A DNA stretch of 63,402 bases, filler included, from Octopus bimaculoides (Eukaryota), in the NCBI RefSeq assembly GCF_001194135.2. It is 7 parts of 7 records of this genome, joined end to end, with 100 filler letters (N's around TTAATTAATTAA, not from the genome) between each part and the next. Parts side by side here need not be neighbours in the genome. Positions count along the whole stretch, not along the records: positions 51,343 to 57,269 come from NC_069003.1; positions 57,370 to 62,189 come from NW_026325123.1; positions 62,290 to 63,402 come from NW_026376988.1; 4 more parts are not named here. One strand, given 5' to 3'. The notes beneath the pieces are model-generated. The model had not been told where the DNA came from, did no database searches, and saw nothing but the letters and a program-made list of their open reading frames with translations. Both the position numbers and the translations under genes were made by a program. Shown here piece after piece: positions 51,480 through 63,145 of this stretch. The stretch's first letter is position 1; the number at the start of each line of letters is the position of its first letter.

Positions 51480-53050
51480 ACATACATACATACATACATA
51501 CAGACGCGCGCTCACGCGCACACACACACATATATATATATCTGTATATTCCTCTCTCTCCTCCCCACTCTCACCGCTCTCCCACCACGTTATTACAGTC
51601 TCTGCAGCTTTGTCTTCTTGGCTTCACTCCTTCTGTTCCTTCCCCTCCCACTTTCATTTCCTTTTACACAATTATTTTCGTTATATCTTCATCCCATTAT
51701 TTCTTACCAGTCTCTCGTTTAGGTCTCACTCTATCTAATACACTCCACTTCCACCCCTTCCTCTATCTCTTTTACTATCACCCAATCTAACCTCCCCCTT
51801 TCACTATCAGTCTCCATCGAATATTTTCTTTCTTTCGTTGTCTCTTTCTCCTCTCTCTCTCTTTCTCTCTCCCTTTCTCATTCCCTCTCTCCTTCTTACC
51901 ACCGTAACGAAATCTTGTTATTCGTCAGTTTTACAACTGTGTCCCCGCTACATCTTTCATATTTTCGAGGATTTCCCCCCATTTCTCTCTCTCTCTCTAA
52001 CTCATACTCACTCACTCTTTCTCTCACTCACTCACTCACTCACGCACTCATTTTTTCTCTGTTTCCTCCTCTCTCTTTTCTAACCACGCATACAACAATC
52101 ACATTATTTACAATATNNNNNNNNNNNNNNNNNNNNNNNNNNNNNNNNNNNNNNNNNNNNNNNNNNNNNNNNNNNNNNNNNNNNNNNNNNNNNNNNNNNN
52201 NNNNNNNNNNNNNNNNNNNNNNNNNNNNNNNNNNNNNNNNNNNNNNNNNNNNNNNNNNNNNNNNNNNNNNNNNNNNNNNNNNNNNNNNNNNNNNNNNNNN
52301 NNNNNNNNNNNNNNNNNNNNNNNNNNNNNNNNNNNNNNNNNNNNNNNNNNNNNNNNNNNNNNNNNNNNNNNNNNNNNNNNNNNNNNNNNNNNNNNNNNNN
52401 NNNNNNNNNNNNNNNNNNNNNNNNNNNNNNNNNNNNNNNNNNNNNNNNNNNNNNNNNNNNNNNNNNNNNNNNNNNNNNNNNNNNNNNNNNNNNNNNNNNN
52501 NNNNNNNNNNNNNNNNNNNNNNNNNNNNNNNNNNNNNNNNNNNNNNNNNNNNNNNNNNNNNNNNNNNNNNNNNNNNNNNNNNNNNNNNNNNNNNNNNNNN
52601 NNNNNNNNNNNNNNNNNNNNNNNNNNNNNNNNNNNNNNNNNNNNNNNNNNNNNNNNNNNNNNNNNATAAAGAGTGTACCTGGAGAAGGATAATGTTTGCT
52701 CAGCCAAGGCTAACCTGGGGGCTTTTGAAGAACAACCACATCACTGTATAGAACCACCACCACCACCATTACATCTACCGCTGCTAATAGCACACGCCAC
52801 CCATACTACATATCAGTACTAGTACACTTCCCCTCATACCAACACCACCACCACCATCATCTTATCACCGCCGCCACCACCACCACCACCACCTTCACCA
52901 ACGCCAATAGCACCTTCATTACACCCCCTCCTACCCTACCATCACAGGTAGTTGTGTCAAAAGGAATTAGACTTTCTCTTCGACAACAAGGTAAGTTTTT
53001 CCATTCTTTTCACTGAAATACTTATGATAGTATTGGTAGAAGTAGTAGTA

Positions 53051-53086
<36 letters not shown>

Positions 53087-53203
53087 TGATGGCGGTAGTA
53101 TGAAACTGGTATGGTGGTGGTGTGTGTAGTATTTTGCGGTGGTGTTGGTAGTAGTGTTTTGTGATGTTTGTATACACATTTGTGTGAGTTCCGTTTGTGT
53201 GTT

Positions 53204-53255
<52 letters not shown>

Positions 53256-53569
53256 GCCGAATAGCCCTATGATCGAAGGCGTTCCGGTTGTGACCATCTC
53301 TTCCATTTTTTTGGGGGGGGTGTATCAGGTACATGTTTCGGTGTTTTATTTCCTTATTTCGAACTTTAGTGTTTCTTAACAAGGACGATTTAGCTACTAT
53401 TTCTAGCAAGTCGAGCGTCTACGTACAGGCTCCATCTTGTATGTTCGTGCGCGCACGCACGCACGTGCATGTGCGCACACACAAACACATACGCATACAT
53501 ACACACCCGTCTGTGCACGTGTGCATCTTTGCATATGTACGTGAATGCTTTTCCCCAACCCCCATCAAT

Positions 53570-54030
53570 TACTAGACTCAGTTATTAGACTGCGGCCATG
53601 CTGGGGCACCGCCTTGAAGAAATTTCAGACTAAGGAATTGATCCCGGGACTTTTGAATTTTCTTAAACCTGGTACTTACTCCATCGTTTCCTTTTGCCGA
53701 ACCGCTAGACTACGGGGATGTAAACACACCAACACCGGTTGTCACGCGGTGAGCGGGTGGACAAACAAACAAACACACACACACACACACACACACCACA
53801 CACCTTTTAAGTTTTACTAGTCTCAGTCATTTGACCACGGCCATGCTGGGGCACCACTTTGAAAGTTTTTTTTTTTCTTAATCAAACGAATCGACCCTTG
53901 GATTTCTTTTTGAAAGCCCAACCCTTATTGTACTGCTCCTTTTTAAGGAACCACTATGTTACAGGGACGTTAGCGCACCAACACTCGTTGTCAAACGGTA
54001 ATTGGGGATAAACACAGACGCATACACACA
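53570..54030 (-). mobile_element. Two tandem SINE family C 3' modules (53570-53770 and 53812-54030)
   Basis: Each has GGCCATGCTGGGGCACC...ACCAACAC..GTTGTCA...(CA)n on the plus strand and lacks a head. Confidence 0.8.
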
Positions 54031-54037
54031 TATCGCA

Positions 54038-54126
54038 CGGGCATATGGCGTAGTGGTTAAGAGCGCGGGCTACTAACCCCAAGATTACGAGTTCGATACC
54101 AGGCAGCGACCTGAATAATGATGATA
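54038..54126 (+). mobile_element. SINE family H tRNA-like head with a short (AAT)-like linker (tail absent)
   Basis: A box TGGCGTAGTGG 54046-54056 and B box GAGTTCGATACC 54089-54100. Matches the reverse complement of 7053-7124. Confidence 0.85.
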
Positions 54127-55267
54127 CTCTTTTACACTGTTTCAGTCATTTGACTGTGGTCATGATGGAGCACCGCCTTTAAATCGAGCAAATCGACCCC
54201 AGGACTTATTCTTTGTCAGCCTAGTACTTATTCTATCCGTCTCTTTTGCCGAACCGCTAGGCTACGGGGACGCAAACACACCAGCATCGGTTGTCAAGCG
54301 ATGTTGGGGGGACAAACACAGACACACAAACATATACACACACATCCATATATANNNNNNNNNNNNNNNNNNNNNNNNNNNNNNNNNNNNNNNNNNNNNN
54401 NNNNNNNNNNNNNNNNNNNNNNNNNNNNNNNNNNNNNNNNNNNNNNNNNNNNNNNNNNNNNNNNNNNNNNNNNNNNNNNNNNNNNNNNNNNNNNNNNNNN
54501 NNNNNNNNNNNNNNNNNNNNNNNNNNNNNNNNNNNNNNNNNNNNNNNNNNNNNNNNNNNNNNNNNNNNNNNNNNNNNNNNNNNNNNNNNNNNNNNNNNNN
54601 NNNNNNNNNNNNNNNNNNNNNNNNNNNNNNNNNNNNNNNNNNNNNNNNNNNNNNNNNNNNNNNNNNNNNNNNNNNNNNNNNNNNNNNNNNNNNNNNNNNN
54701 NNNNNNNNNNNNNNNNNNNNNNNNNNNNNNNNNNNNNNNNNNNNNNNNNNNNNNNNNNNNNNNNNNNNNNNNNNNNNNNNNNNNNNNNNNNNNNNNNNNN
54801 NNNNNNNNNNNNNNNNNNNNNNNNNNNNNNNNNNNNNNNNNNNNNNNNNNNNNNNNNNNNNNNNNNNNNNNNNNNNNNNNNNNNNNNNNNNNNNNNNNNN
54901 NNNNNNNNNNNNNNNNNNNNNNNNNNNNNNNNNNNNNNNNNNNNNNNNNNNNNNNNNNNNNNNNNNNNNNNNNNNNNNNNNNNNNNNNNNNNNNNNNNNN
55001 NNNNNNNNNNNNNNNNNNNNNNNNNNNNNNNNNNNNNNNNNNNNNNNNNNNNNNNNNNNNNNNNNNNNNNNNNNNNNNNNNNNNNNACACACACACACAC
55101 ACACATACACACATTATTTCAGTTTCCATCTACCAAATCTACTCACAAGGCTTTGGTCGACCCGAGGCTATAGTATAAGATACTTGCCCAAGGTGCCACG
55201 CTGTGGGATTGAACCCATAATCATGTGGTTGGAAAGCAAACTTTTTATCACAATACATGCCCGCACC
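54126..55267 (-). mobile_element. SINE family C, full-length, with a gap in the internal microsatellite
   Basis: 3' module 54126-54340 and head 55110-55267 are the reverse complement of the 44075 copy. Confidence 0.9.
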
Positions 55268-55327
55268 CACGTCTGTTTCTGTATAGTGTGTGTGTGTGTC
55301 TGTGTGTGTGTGTCTGTTTGTAATGAC

Positions 55328-55480
55328 ACAGGCATGACTGAGTGGTTAACATACTCTTTGCGCAACAACGAGGTCCATGGTTCGATCTGTCGGCGCGGGA
55401 CCTTGGGCAAGTCTTTTACCCTAGTTTTACCATAGTACCCAAATAAAATAGACGGAAACTGTATGGCAAGCTCGTTGGGT
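55328..55480 (+). mobile_element. Diverged family C-like SINE head
   Basis: GGCATGACTGAGTGGTTAA...GGTTCGATC...GACCTTGGGCAAGTC...GACGGAAACTG. Confidence 0.6.
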
Positions 55481-55780
55481 GGATTGTACCCTTAATTCAA
55501 AGATATAACTTTGTAACATATTGTGTACAAATGTCTGCGGAATACTCAGCCAGTCAATCGTTAATTTCAGATGAGTATAGTTCATGTGTCTATGTGTGTG
55601 TTGTGTGGGTGTGTGTCTGTATGTGTGTGTGTATTTGTTTTTGCGTGTGGACTTTTCAGGTTTGTGTATGTATAAATGTGTACATGTGTGAATGTGTTTT
55701 AATGTATTCGTATGTGCTCATGTGTGTGTGAGTGTGTGTATATGTATGTGAATATATATATAGATATATAGGTATATATA

Positions 55781-56907
55781 CGCAGACGTGGCTGTGTGGT
55801 AAAATGTTTGCTCCCCAACCACATGGGTCCGTGTTGCGTCCCACTGCGTGGCACCTTNNNNNNNNNNNNNNNNNNNNNNNNNNNNNNNNNNNNNNNNNNN
55901 NNNNNNNNNNNNNNNNNNNNNNNNNNNNNNNNNNNNNNNNNNNNNNNNNNNNNNNNNNNNNNNNNNNNNNNNNNNNNNNNNNNNNNNNNNNNNNNNNNNN
56001 NNNNNNNNNNNNNNNNNNNNNNNNNNNNNNNNNNNNNNNNNNNNNNNNNNNNNNNNNNNNNNNNNNNNNNNNNNNNNNNNNNNNNNNNNNNNNNNNNNNN
56101 NNNNNNNNNNNNNNNNNNNNNNNNNNNNNNNNNNNNNNNNNNNNNNNNNNNNNNNNNNNNNNNNNNNNNNNNNNNNNNNNNNNNNNNNNNNNNNNNNNNN
56201 NNNNNNNNNNNNNNNNNNNNNNNNNNNNNNNNNNNNNNNNNNNNNNNNNNNNNNNNNNNNNNNNNNNNNNNNNNNNNNNNNNNNNNNNNNNNNNNNNNNN
56301 NNNNNNNNNNNNNNNNNNNNNNNNNNNNNNNNNNNNNNNNNNNNNNNNNNNNNNNNNNNNNNNNNNNNNNNNNNNNNNNNNNNNNNNNNNNNNNNNNNNN
56401 NNNNNNNNNNNNNNNNNNNNNNNNNNNNNNNNNNNNNNNNNNNNNNNNNNNNNNNNNNNNNNNNNNNNNNNNNNNNNNNNNNNNNNNNNNNNNNNNNNNN
56501 NNNNNNNNNNNNNNNNNNNNNNNNNNNNNNNNNNNNNNNNNNNNNNNNNNNNNNNNNNNNNNNNNNNNNNNNNNNNNNNNNNNNNNNNNNNNNNNNNNNN
56601 NNNNNNNNNNNNNNNNNNNNNNNNNNNNNNNNNNNNNNNNNNNNNNNNNNNNNNNNNNNNNNNNNNNNNNNNNNNNNNNNNNNNNNNNNNNNNNNNNNNN
56701 NNNNNNNNNNNNNNNNNNNNNNNNNNNNNNNNNNNNNNNNNNNNNNNNNNNNNNNNNNNNNNNNNNNNNNNNNNNNNNNNNNNNNNNNNNNNNNNNNNNN
56801 NNGCTGAAACAAAATAAGTCATGGGCTCGATTTATTCAACTAAAAATTCTTCAAGGAGTGCCCAAGCATGGCCGCTGTCTAATGACTGGAGCAAGTAAAA
56901 GGAAAAA
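55781..56907 (+). mobile_element. SINE family C (middle lost in gap)
   Basis: Head GTGGCTGTGTGGTAA...CCCACTGCGTGGCACCTT before the gap; 3' module AATAAGTCATGGGCTCGATTT...CCAAGCATGGCCGC after it. Confidence 0.85.
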
Positions 56908-57227
56908 GCTACTTGTTTGTAGGCTTTTCTATGTGTGTATATGGGTTTGCATGTATGCATATCTTTTGAATGCACGTATATATTTGTATGTATGTGTGTA
57001 TACATTTGTATGCGTCTATGTGCGAATATGCTTATGTGTGTATGTGCGTCAGCTTGTATGTTCGAGTGCGATTGCGTGTATGTTTATGCATGCATGTATA
57101 AATATACATGTACATATCTATGTGTTTCTCTATATGTGTACATCGGTATATATGTATGTGTGACTGCATATGTGTATAGGTGTATGACTGTGTGTATGTA
57201 ATCGTGTATGTGCGTGTCTGTAAGTGG

Positions 57228-57269
<42 letters not shown>

Positions 57270-57626
57270 NNNNNNNNNNNNNNNNNNNNNNNNNNNNNNN
57301 NNNNNNNNNNNNNTTAATTAATTAANNNNNNNNNNNNNNNNNNNNNNNNNNNNNNNNNNNNNNNNNNNNAGTCACTCTTTGCAACACCTGTCTGTGTTCG
57401 GATTGTCCTTGCACAGGAGGTGGGTAGGAGTGAAGAGAAGAGAGGAGAGTAGGAGTGAAAAGAAGAAGTAGTAGTCGGAGCAAGAGAGGTGAGGTGGCTG
57501 AGAGAAAGTAGGTGTGAGAGGGAGAGAGGGGAGCAGGTTAGATGAGAAGTGGAGGAGAGTTGAGCCCATGTGGCGCAAAGGAGCGAAGAGAGAAGATTAA
57601 TCCCTGTTCATGGTGCACACGGGTGT

Positions 57627-58138
57627 CCGGATATTGTTATGAAAGACCAAATCAATAAAATCTGTTTACTGATTGACATGAGCATACCTTGGGATCATAA
57701 TATCTCGACAAAAAAAGCTTGATAAGCTCAGGAAATATAAAGATTCGCTGACTGAAATTGAGAAAAAATGTGGCATCTGAAGACGGTTAGAATACAAGTG
57801 ATTGTAGGAGAACTTGGAATGATTAAAAAAGGGAACTGAAAGTGATTTGCAGATGATCCCTGGCTTACCACCCATACAGGAAGTGCAAAAGATTGTCTTA
57901 ACTGGTCACAAGTATTGAGAAGAACATTGTTGCTCTTTCCTTTTCTTTTCATCTTTTATTGTCTTTCTTTCCTCTTTTTCATCGTTTTCTTTATTCCCCT
58001 GCTCTCACCTGTCTTTCTTCCCCCTTTTTTTTCTATCTCATGACTTTGTAAATGAACAACCTGGTGTATACAATGATTTTCTTTGCTCTAGGTATTGGGA
58101 AGACACTCAGCAAGAAATGGAAACGAAAGTGAAAGAAG

Positions 58139-58180
<42 letters not shown>
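57627..58180 (+). mobile_element. RLE-type (R4/Dong-like) non-LTR retrotransposon 3' end with (AAT)n tail
   Basis: PDIVMKDQINKICLLIDMSIPWDHNISTKKLDKLRKYKDSLTEIEK/MWHLKTVRIQVIVGELGMIKKG/TESDLQMIPGLPPIQEVQKIVLTG is a PD..D...K..KY restriction-like endonuclease. A 3' region ends in (AAT)n at about 58140-58178. Confidence 0.8.
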
Positions 58181-58181
<1 letters not shown>

Positions 58182-60135
58182 CTACTACTACTACTACAAT
58201 GAAAACAACAACGACAAAAGCAATGATAATAATATAAATAGAATAATTTCGTAATAGTTAAGTATGTGAAGAAAACCTGTTGAGGATCTGCCAAGGTTAA
58301 CTTTTCTGATGTTTGTCTGAGAAGTTAAGGTTTGGGTATCATCAACACAAACACAACCATCAACATCAACAACAACAACAACAATAATAAATAGTATGAA
58401 GAGGATAAGCAAATCCATTTCAAATAGAAACATGTGATGTGGGGATTGTAGATTATTGAAAACTTTGAAAGAAAATATCTTTGATTTTAAGATCGATGAG
58501 GATTAATTTGAGGCTAAACACCCACCACAATACAATTAGCAAGAACAATATAACCACTACACCACACACACACATTCCAAGAACCACGTTTCGATGCACA
58601 CAACAAGGAATACAGAATAGAGGAAGAGCAACTGTCAAGCTCTGACCAAGTCCACCTTTCCCATTTCACAATGGCTACAACAAAAACATAAGAGGATAGA
58701 CTGGACAGTGGAAAGAGAAAAGTATGTCCACACTGCAACTTTTCACCCCTTATGTTAAACCATGTCAAATCCTGATGACCATCCAAACAGTGTCTAGATG
58801 ATTCCTATAAATGTGCCACCCAACATTTACCAGTGACCGGCCACTTGTGTTTGTCCGTAATGGTTGAATTTCTGTCCCTTCAAAGTACTTCATCAGACTC
58901 TCTTCATCTAAATAGATGAACAGAATCCTCCAGCATAAATTAAAAGAGGGTTATTTCAATAATGACTTGAAACCTGAACATCTCAGATCCGCATCAATCA
59001 CCCTTCTACCATTGCTAATATTTTCTCACTAGATGTGGATGCTATGTGCAATTGGCTACCTCACTTCATGCAAGTTCTTGGCTTACCTGATCATGTAAAA
59101 ACACCGACTTGCACACACCATTCCACATATCTTATTCGATGGCTACTCTTCTAGACTCGTCCTCTGAGAGGAGACTCCACAGCACAATGGTTTCTTTCCT
59201 CATAGCAGCATGGATATCACTACCTCACATTTATAATAACAACATTATATTACTACCTCTGCATGTTTGGAAGATCAGTTAGAAATAGTAGCTGAATCTC
59301 CTTCATCTTACTACATAATCTCTTGTGTATGTTTACATGTATTTGTTTGACAAAGACCCTTCGGCTTGGATTTCATTCAATCAATGGCCCCTATTTTACC
59401 AGGTAATTTGATGTCTGTCTTGTCAGTATCTGTGCACAATCTTCTACCCGGCCACTTGTCTCACAATAAGAAATATTGAACTTCAATGGTTATATTGCTG
59501 TGTTTATGCAAGCCTAGCAGGCAACTTGGATGAAACATCACATGACTGTCCTTTGTTTGTTATGTTCAGCCAATCGCAACAGGGAACTTTTGGCACATTC
59601 GTTTGCCTCAAAAAGCTGAGTAAAATCTCTATAAAACCTTTTTTTTCTATTTCAACAAACAAGAATTGTTGTCTGATGATCCACACGAAATGTTTTTTTT
59701 TTCAGTTTCATGCAAATATAACTCACCCTATCTCTCTCCCTCTCTATCTATCCCTCCCTCTCTATCTATCCCTCCCTCTCTATCTATCCCTCCCTCTCTC
59801 TCTCCCTCTCTCTTCCGCTCTCTCTCTCCTCCCTCTCTCTCTCACCTACACACACACACGCACACACACGTTATAAATAGACATACACATCACTCTTTGC
59901 TTGCATTGTTTGTTATCTGAAATGTTTCATAAATTTTCTCACGACAATTTCTTCGTTAAATATAAACAACATCAAACATTATCATGGCATGGAATTTCCT
60001 GTAATAACTGTTGTTGTTTTCCTTGTTTGCTGTTGTTGTTTCGAATTTCTTGTTTTGCTTTGATCTGGTGTGGTCAATTTAATATTTTTAATGGAATAAA
60101 ACATCTGTTCTCGTATTTCAGAATANNNNNNNNNN

Positions 60136-60197
<62 letters not shown>

Positions 60198-60532
60198 TAT
60201 CTGTAAGTATGTCTGCATTTGCATTCAGACACTACAAAACAACCCCACTCCCAATCAAACTATGTTATTATTCACCATCTCACAAAGGATAATGATCCGT
60301 AACAAAGAGGAGAGCAAAAAATAGACAAATGGAGGAGCCTGACCGGCCGCTATCAGCTTCTGCTGGTTGCAGCAGAGAACTCAGGTGTTCTCAGACCCTG
60401 CATGGATGTGTAGGAGTTACATAGTTTGAAACAGGTTTGTCATTGCCTAATTCACGAATCATGGGATGTTACAACAGTGACCGCCCTTGGCAAGCGTTCT
60501 AGAAACTTCTAAGAAATTGGATTTATGCCCCT

Positions 60533-60596
60533 TTTCCAATAATTGACCAATAAGTTGGAACCCTGAGGTTCCAACTTATTGGTCAATTATTGGAAA
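60533..60596. repeat. Perfect 30-bp inverted repeat with a 4-nt loop
   Basis: TTTCCAATAATTGACCAATAAGTTGGAACC-CTGA-GGTTCCAACTTATTGGTCAATTATTGGAAA. Confidence 0.95.
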
Positions 60597-61501
60597 GTAT
60601 TTCCCTTATGACAAAGGTAAGAGATATTGTTCGCTGTGTAATCTAGAATTATATTTTTTATTAGTCTCTAAGGGTAAGTTGATAAATAAACTCCCATATA
60701 ATGCTTTCAGATGTACCCATTATCCGAGACACACATTTCTCTGGTTTAAATGAGTTATAAATTTCAGTATGATCGGGTAATATAGTGCATTATAGTATAA
60801 TATTAGGTATTAAGGCAGACCATATCAATGTATAATTTACTAATAGCAATTGTATTCGTATTTGTGGTTATTTGCTAAAGTTTCTAGAGATAATATAATA
60901 TAGATTTCCATTGATTTAGATGTTATTTCCAGGAATCAATATTTGTAATATGTGATTGTTTATAATTAATAACATTATGAGGGGTTTTCTCACTTTGACG
61001 GACCTTTATTTAAGGAGGAATTTATTTAAGGAAAAATTTGAATATGAACCAGACTTAGAGACGATGTTTTTGGTGTTTACTTTTTGCTCTTTACCTTTTA
61101 CCCTGAAGATGTGTAAGGTAATTTATTTATTTAACTTGAATTTAAGAGTTAAATATAATTTTATACAGAAATGTCGACATAGGAATAAATTTCAATGATA
61201 ATGGATATTAGCGTCACAACTCTCATTAAAATTTTTGCGATATATATATATATATATATTTACACACACACACCACAAACACGCAAATACAGTCGTTGTC
61301 TTCCCCTCCCCCTCTCACTCCCATACAACACCCAATCCCAAACGCTAGTCTTCCATTCACATTCCTCCCCTCTCCCCCATACCACCACTTACATTCCTAC
61401 ACGCACTCTCACACGTGATACGTATATTATATATGCATGAAAGGAGATAGAAATACTCGCTAACAGAGGCAGACACATTTAGAACTTGTTTGAAGCAGTT
61501 G

Positions 61502-61519
61502 ACATATTTGTTCTGATAG
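61502..61519 (+). promoter_or_regulatory. Putative splice acceptor 11 nt upstream of the SLC22 ATG
   Basis: ATATTTGTTCTGATAG/GTTTGTTCACCATGG, with AG at 61518-61519. Confidence 0.5.
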
Positions 61520-61530
61520 GTTTGTTCACC

Positions 61531-61673
61531 ATGGACTACGAAGAAGTGATTGGAACAATTGGAGGATGTGGTCTTTATCAGAAACTGATGCTAGCTTTCC
61601 TCTTCTCTTCAACCATTATGGATGGTTTACAAATTGGAAGCATGATATTTATTGTACCTGAATTAGATTACAG
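61531..61673 (+). CDS. SLC22-family (organic cation transporter-like, MFS) first coding exon
   Basis: Strong Kozak ACCATGG. MDYEEVIGTIGGCGLYQKLMLAFLFSSTIMDGLQIGSMIFIVPELDY(R) fits the SLC22 N-terminus (MDF-E-L--IG-FG-YQ, TM1, then P-YRC). Donor AG/GTAAGT at 61674, phase 2. The ortholog cannot be assigned. Confidence 0.85.
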
Positions 61674-62299
61674 GTAAGTTTATAATAATGATTTCCACGT
61701 ATTATTATTTATTCCAGGTGGGTGGTTGAAATGGTGGCGCTTCGACCAAAAATTCCTTGAAACATTTTTTTCCTTTGTTGTTTGGGATTAAAAACCTTTC
61801 TTACTCCCCCACCACCATCATGAGTTTACGATACCTGAAATTTTTACACTTGATTTTATCGACCTTTTGAGCTCATCCCTGCATTTTCTCTTTCCATAAT
61901 TCCTTGAAGGGTCATGGGGGAAGAGTGCTCAGGTACCTCACCCATAGGGTCCTATCAGAAGCAACTTCTTAAATCTCTTTCTCACACACCTAGTTATATA
62001 CTTGAAGAGGGAAGCTCAACAAGGAGATCCCGCTATAATTAGAGCCCTATTTTTTTGTCTCCTTTTTAAAAACCCCTTCAGGCATCAATAAATAAAATAC
62101 TAAGGATGTAACGTCATTGATCTTGATCAAGGGTTCCCTCATCCCTCCCTCCAGAAATCCTGTTTGGTTTTATATTGCTGAAAGCTGCCNNNNNNNNNNN
62201 NNNNNNNNNNNNNNNNNNNNNNNNNNNNNNNNNTTAATTAATTAANNNNNNNNNNNNNNNNNNNNNNNNNNNNNNNNNNNNNNNNNNNNATTTTGTCAG

Positions 62300-63145
62300 C
62301 ATGTGTGTGTGTGTGTTTGTTCGTGTGTGTGTGTGTGTGTGCGTGTGTGTTATGTGTGTATGTTTGAATGACTGTATGTCTGTCTCTATGAATGTATGTA
62401 TATGTGTATGTATGTGTATGCATGTGCATGTAATGTATGTATGTATGTGTGCATGCACATGTGTGTGCATGTATGTGTAATGTAATGTATGTATAAATGA
62501 ATGAATGCGTGTATGTATGAATGTATGTGTATGTGTATGTTATGTATAAATATTTCTTTACAGTGTATATGTATATGTGTGTGTATTAATGTGTACGTAT
62601 GTGCATGTTATGTATGTATGTATGTGTGCACAGATGTGTGCATGTATGTGTAATATATGTATGTATGTATATATGTATAAATGAATGAGTGTATGTGTGT
62701 ATGTATGAATGTAAGTATGTGTATGTATATATATTTGTTTGCAGTGTATGTGTGTGCATCTGTGTATGTGTATGTATGTGTATAAATGTGTAATGTATTT
62801 ATGCATGCATGTGTGCATGTGTGTGCTTGTATGTGTACTGTAATGTATGTGTATGTGTAGATAAGAATGAATGTATGTGTGTATAAATGTATATGTGTAT
62901 ATATAATATTTGTTTACAGCATATGTGTGTGCATGTGTGTATATGCATAAGCTGTGCATGTGCATGTGTGCACATATATGTGTAATATATGCATATGTGT
63001 ATGTTATGAATGAATATATGTATGTTTGTATGAGTGTATGTGCGCATATGTGTATGTATATGTGTGTATTTGTGAATGAATGTATTTATCAGTGTATTTT
63101 GTATGTATATGCATTTATGTATATGTATAAATATTTGTTTACATC
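62300..63145. repeat. Compound TA/TG microsatellite with a higher-order repeat of about 180 bp
   Basis: The landmark ATATTTSTTTRCAG ends at 62563, 62744, 62919 and about 63144 (spacings 181, 175, 225). AATGAATG landmarks recur in register. Confidence 0.7.

Noticed and set aside
54038-54111. Possible functional tRNA gene (Ser/Thr-like, loop CTACTAA)
   Set aside because: The acceptor stem does not pair, the anticodon stem has only 3 bp, and the same head begins a SINE at 7053-7124.
1241-56822. Dozens of long ORFs containing X runs
   Set aside because: They are open only because they cross N gaps and have no coding evidence.
58500-59520. Possible retroelement RT remnant (IFSLDVDAMC on the plus strand)
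   Set aside because: It is a single motif-like peptide, and I could not trace flanking motifs in order.
61486-61530. N-terminal extension MFEAVDIFVLIGLFT in the ORF track
   Set aside because: It starts at TTG and crosses an acceptor-like site. The ATG at 61531 has a strong Kozak context and matches the family N-terminus.
9645-62245. Six identical TTAATTAATTAA palindromes that could look like a regularly recurring motif
   Set aside because: Each is embedded in N runs forming a 100-bp block, so they are synthetic scaffold spacers and not biology.
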